This document shows, piece by piece, positions 63,772-64,000 of a DNA stretch of 64,000 bases. The stretch is from positions 48,794,001-48,858,000 of the forward strand of contig NW_025963779.1 in NCBI RefSeq assembly GCF_023055435.1, read 5' to 3'. Under the pieces are notes generated by a model. That model searched no databases, had not been told where the DNA came from, and worked only from the letters and a program-made list of their open reading frames with translations. This DNA is from Haliotis rufescens (lineage: Eukaryota). Positions within the stretch are counted from its first letter, which is position 1; each line of letters begins with the position of its first letter. Position numbers and translations under genes: made by a program.

Positions 63772-64000
63772 GCGAAGGAATTAGATGCGTGCGTAGACCA
63801 ATAAAGTTTCATTTGAGCCGAACACGTAGCCAACAGTGTCTCGACTTCCCCTCAGTTAAGTTGAAGGAAATATATTACTGCTACATAATACTTAAATGGA
63901 TAAACCTGATTAATTTAGTTCAACATCAGTTACAGATTTCAATGTTCTGGAACAGGGTAGAAATGATGCTATTGTCGTTATCATCACTTTCGACTGATGA

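Overview
Eukaryotic, AT-rich, repeat-rich animal DNA. The SINE families suggest a mollusc, probably an abalone-like gastropod; this is inference. The main content is a head-to-tail cluster of four intact, intronless forkhead genes on the minus strand (3.2-27 kb, FoxAB-like), plus a fifth truncated pseudogene whose coding sequence has expanded into a 44-bp G-rich minisatellite. The four genes have near-identical forkhead DNA (about 98% even at silent sites, by manual comparison) but barely alignable N-termini and mosaic C-termini. This points to domain-restricted gene conversion. At 49.6-52.0 kb is an intronless gene for a secreted protein with two chitin-deacetylase (CE4) domains. The first keeps all catalytic and metal motifs, the second has lost them, and a Thr-rich linker joins them. 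The rest is transposon debris: two tRNA-headed SINE families and one SINE-like family, several LINE relics, two Tc1 relics, a MULE relic and MITEs. There are also several minisatellites, a minimal hammerhead ribozyme motif and two assembly gaps. Most short ORFs in the supplied track are spurious.
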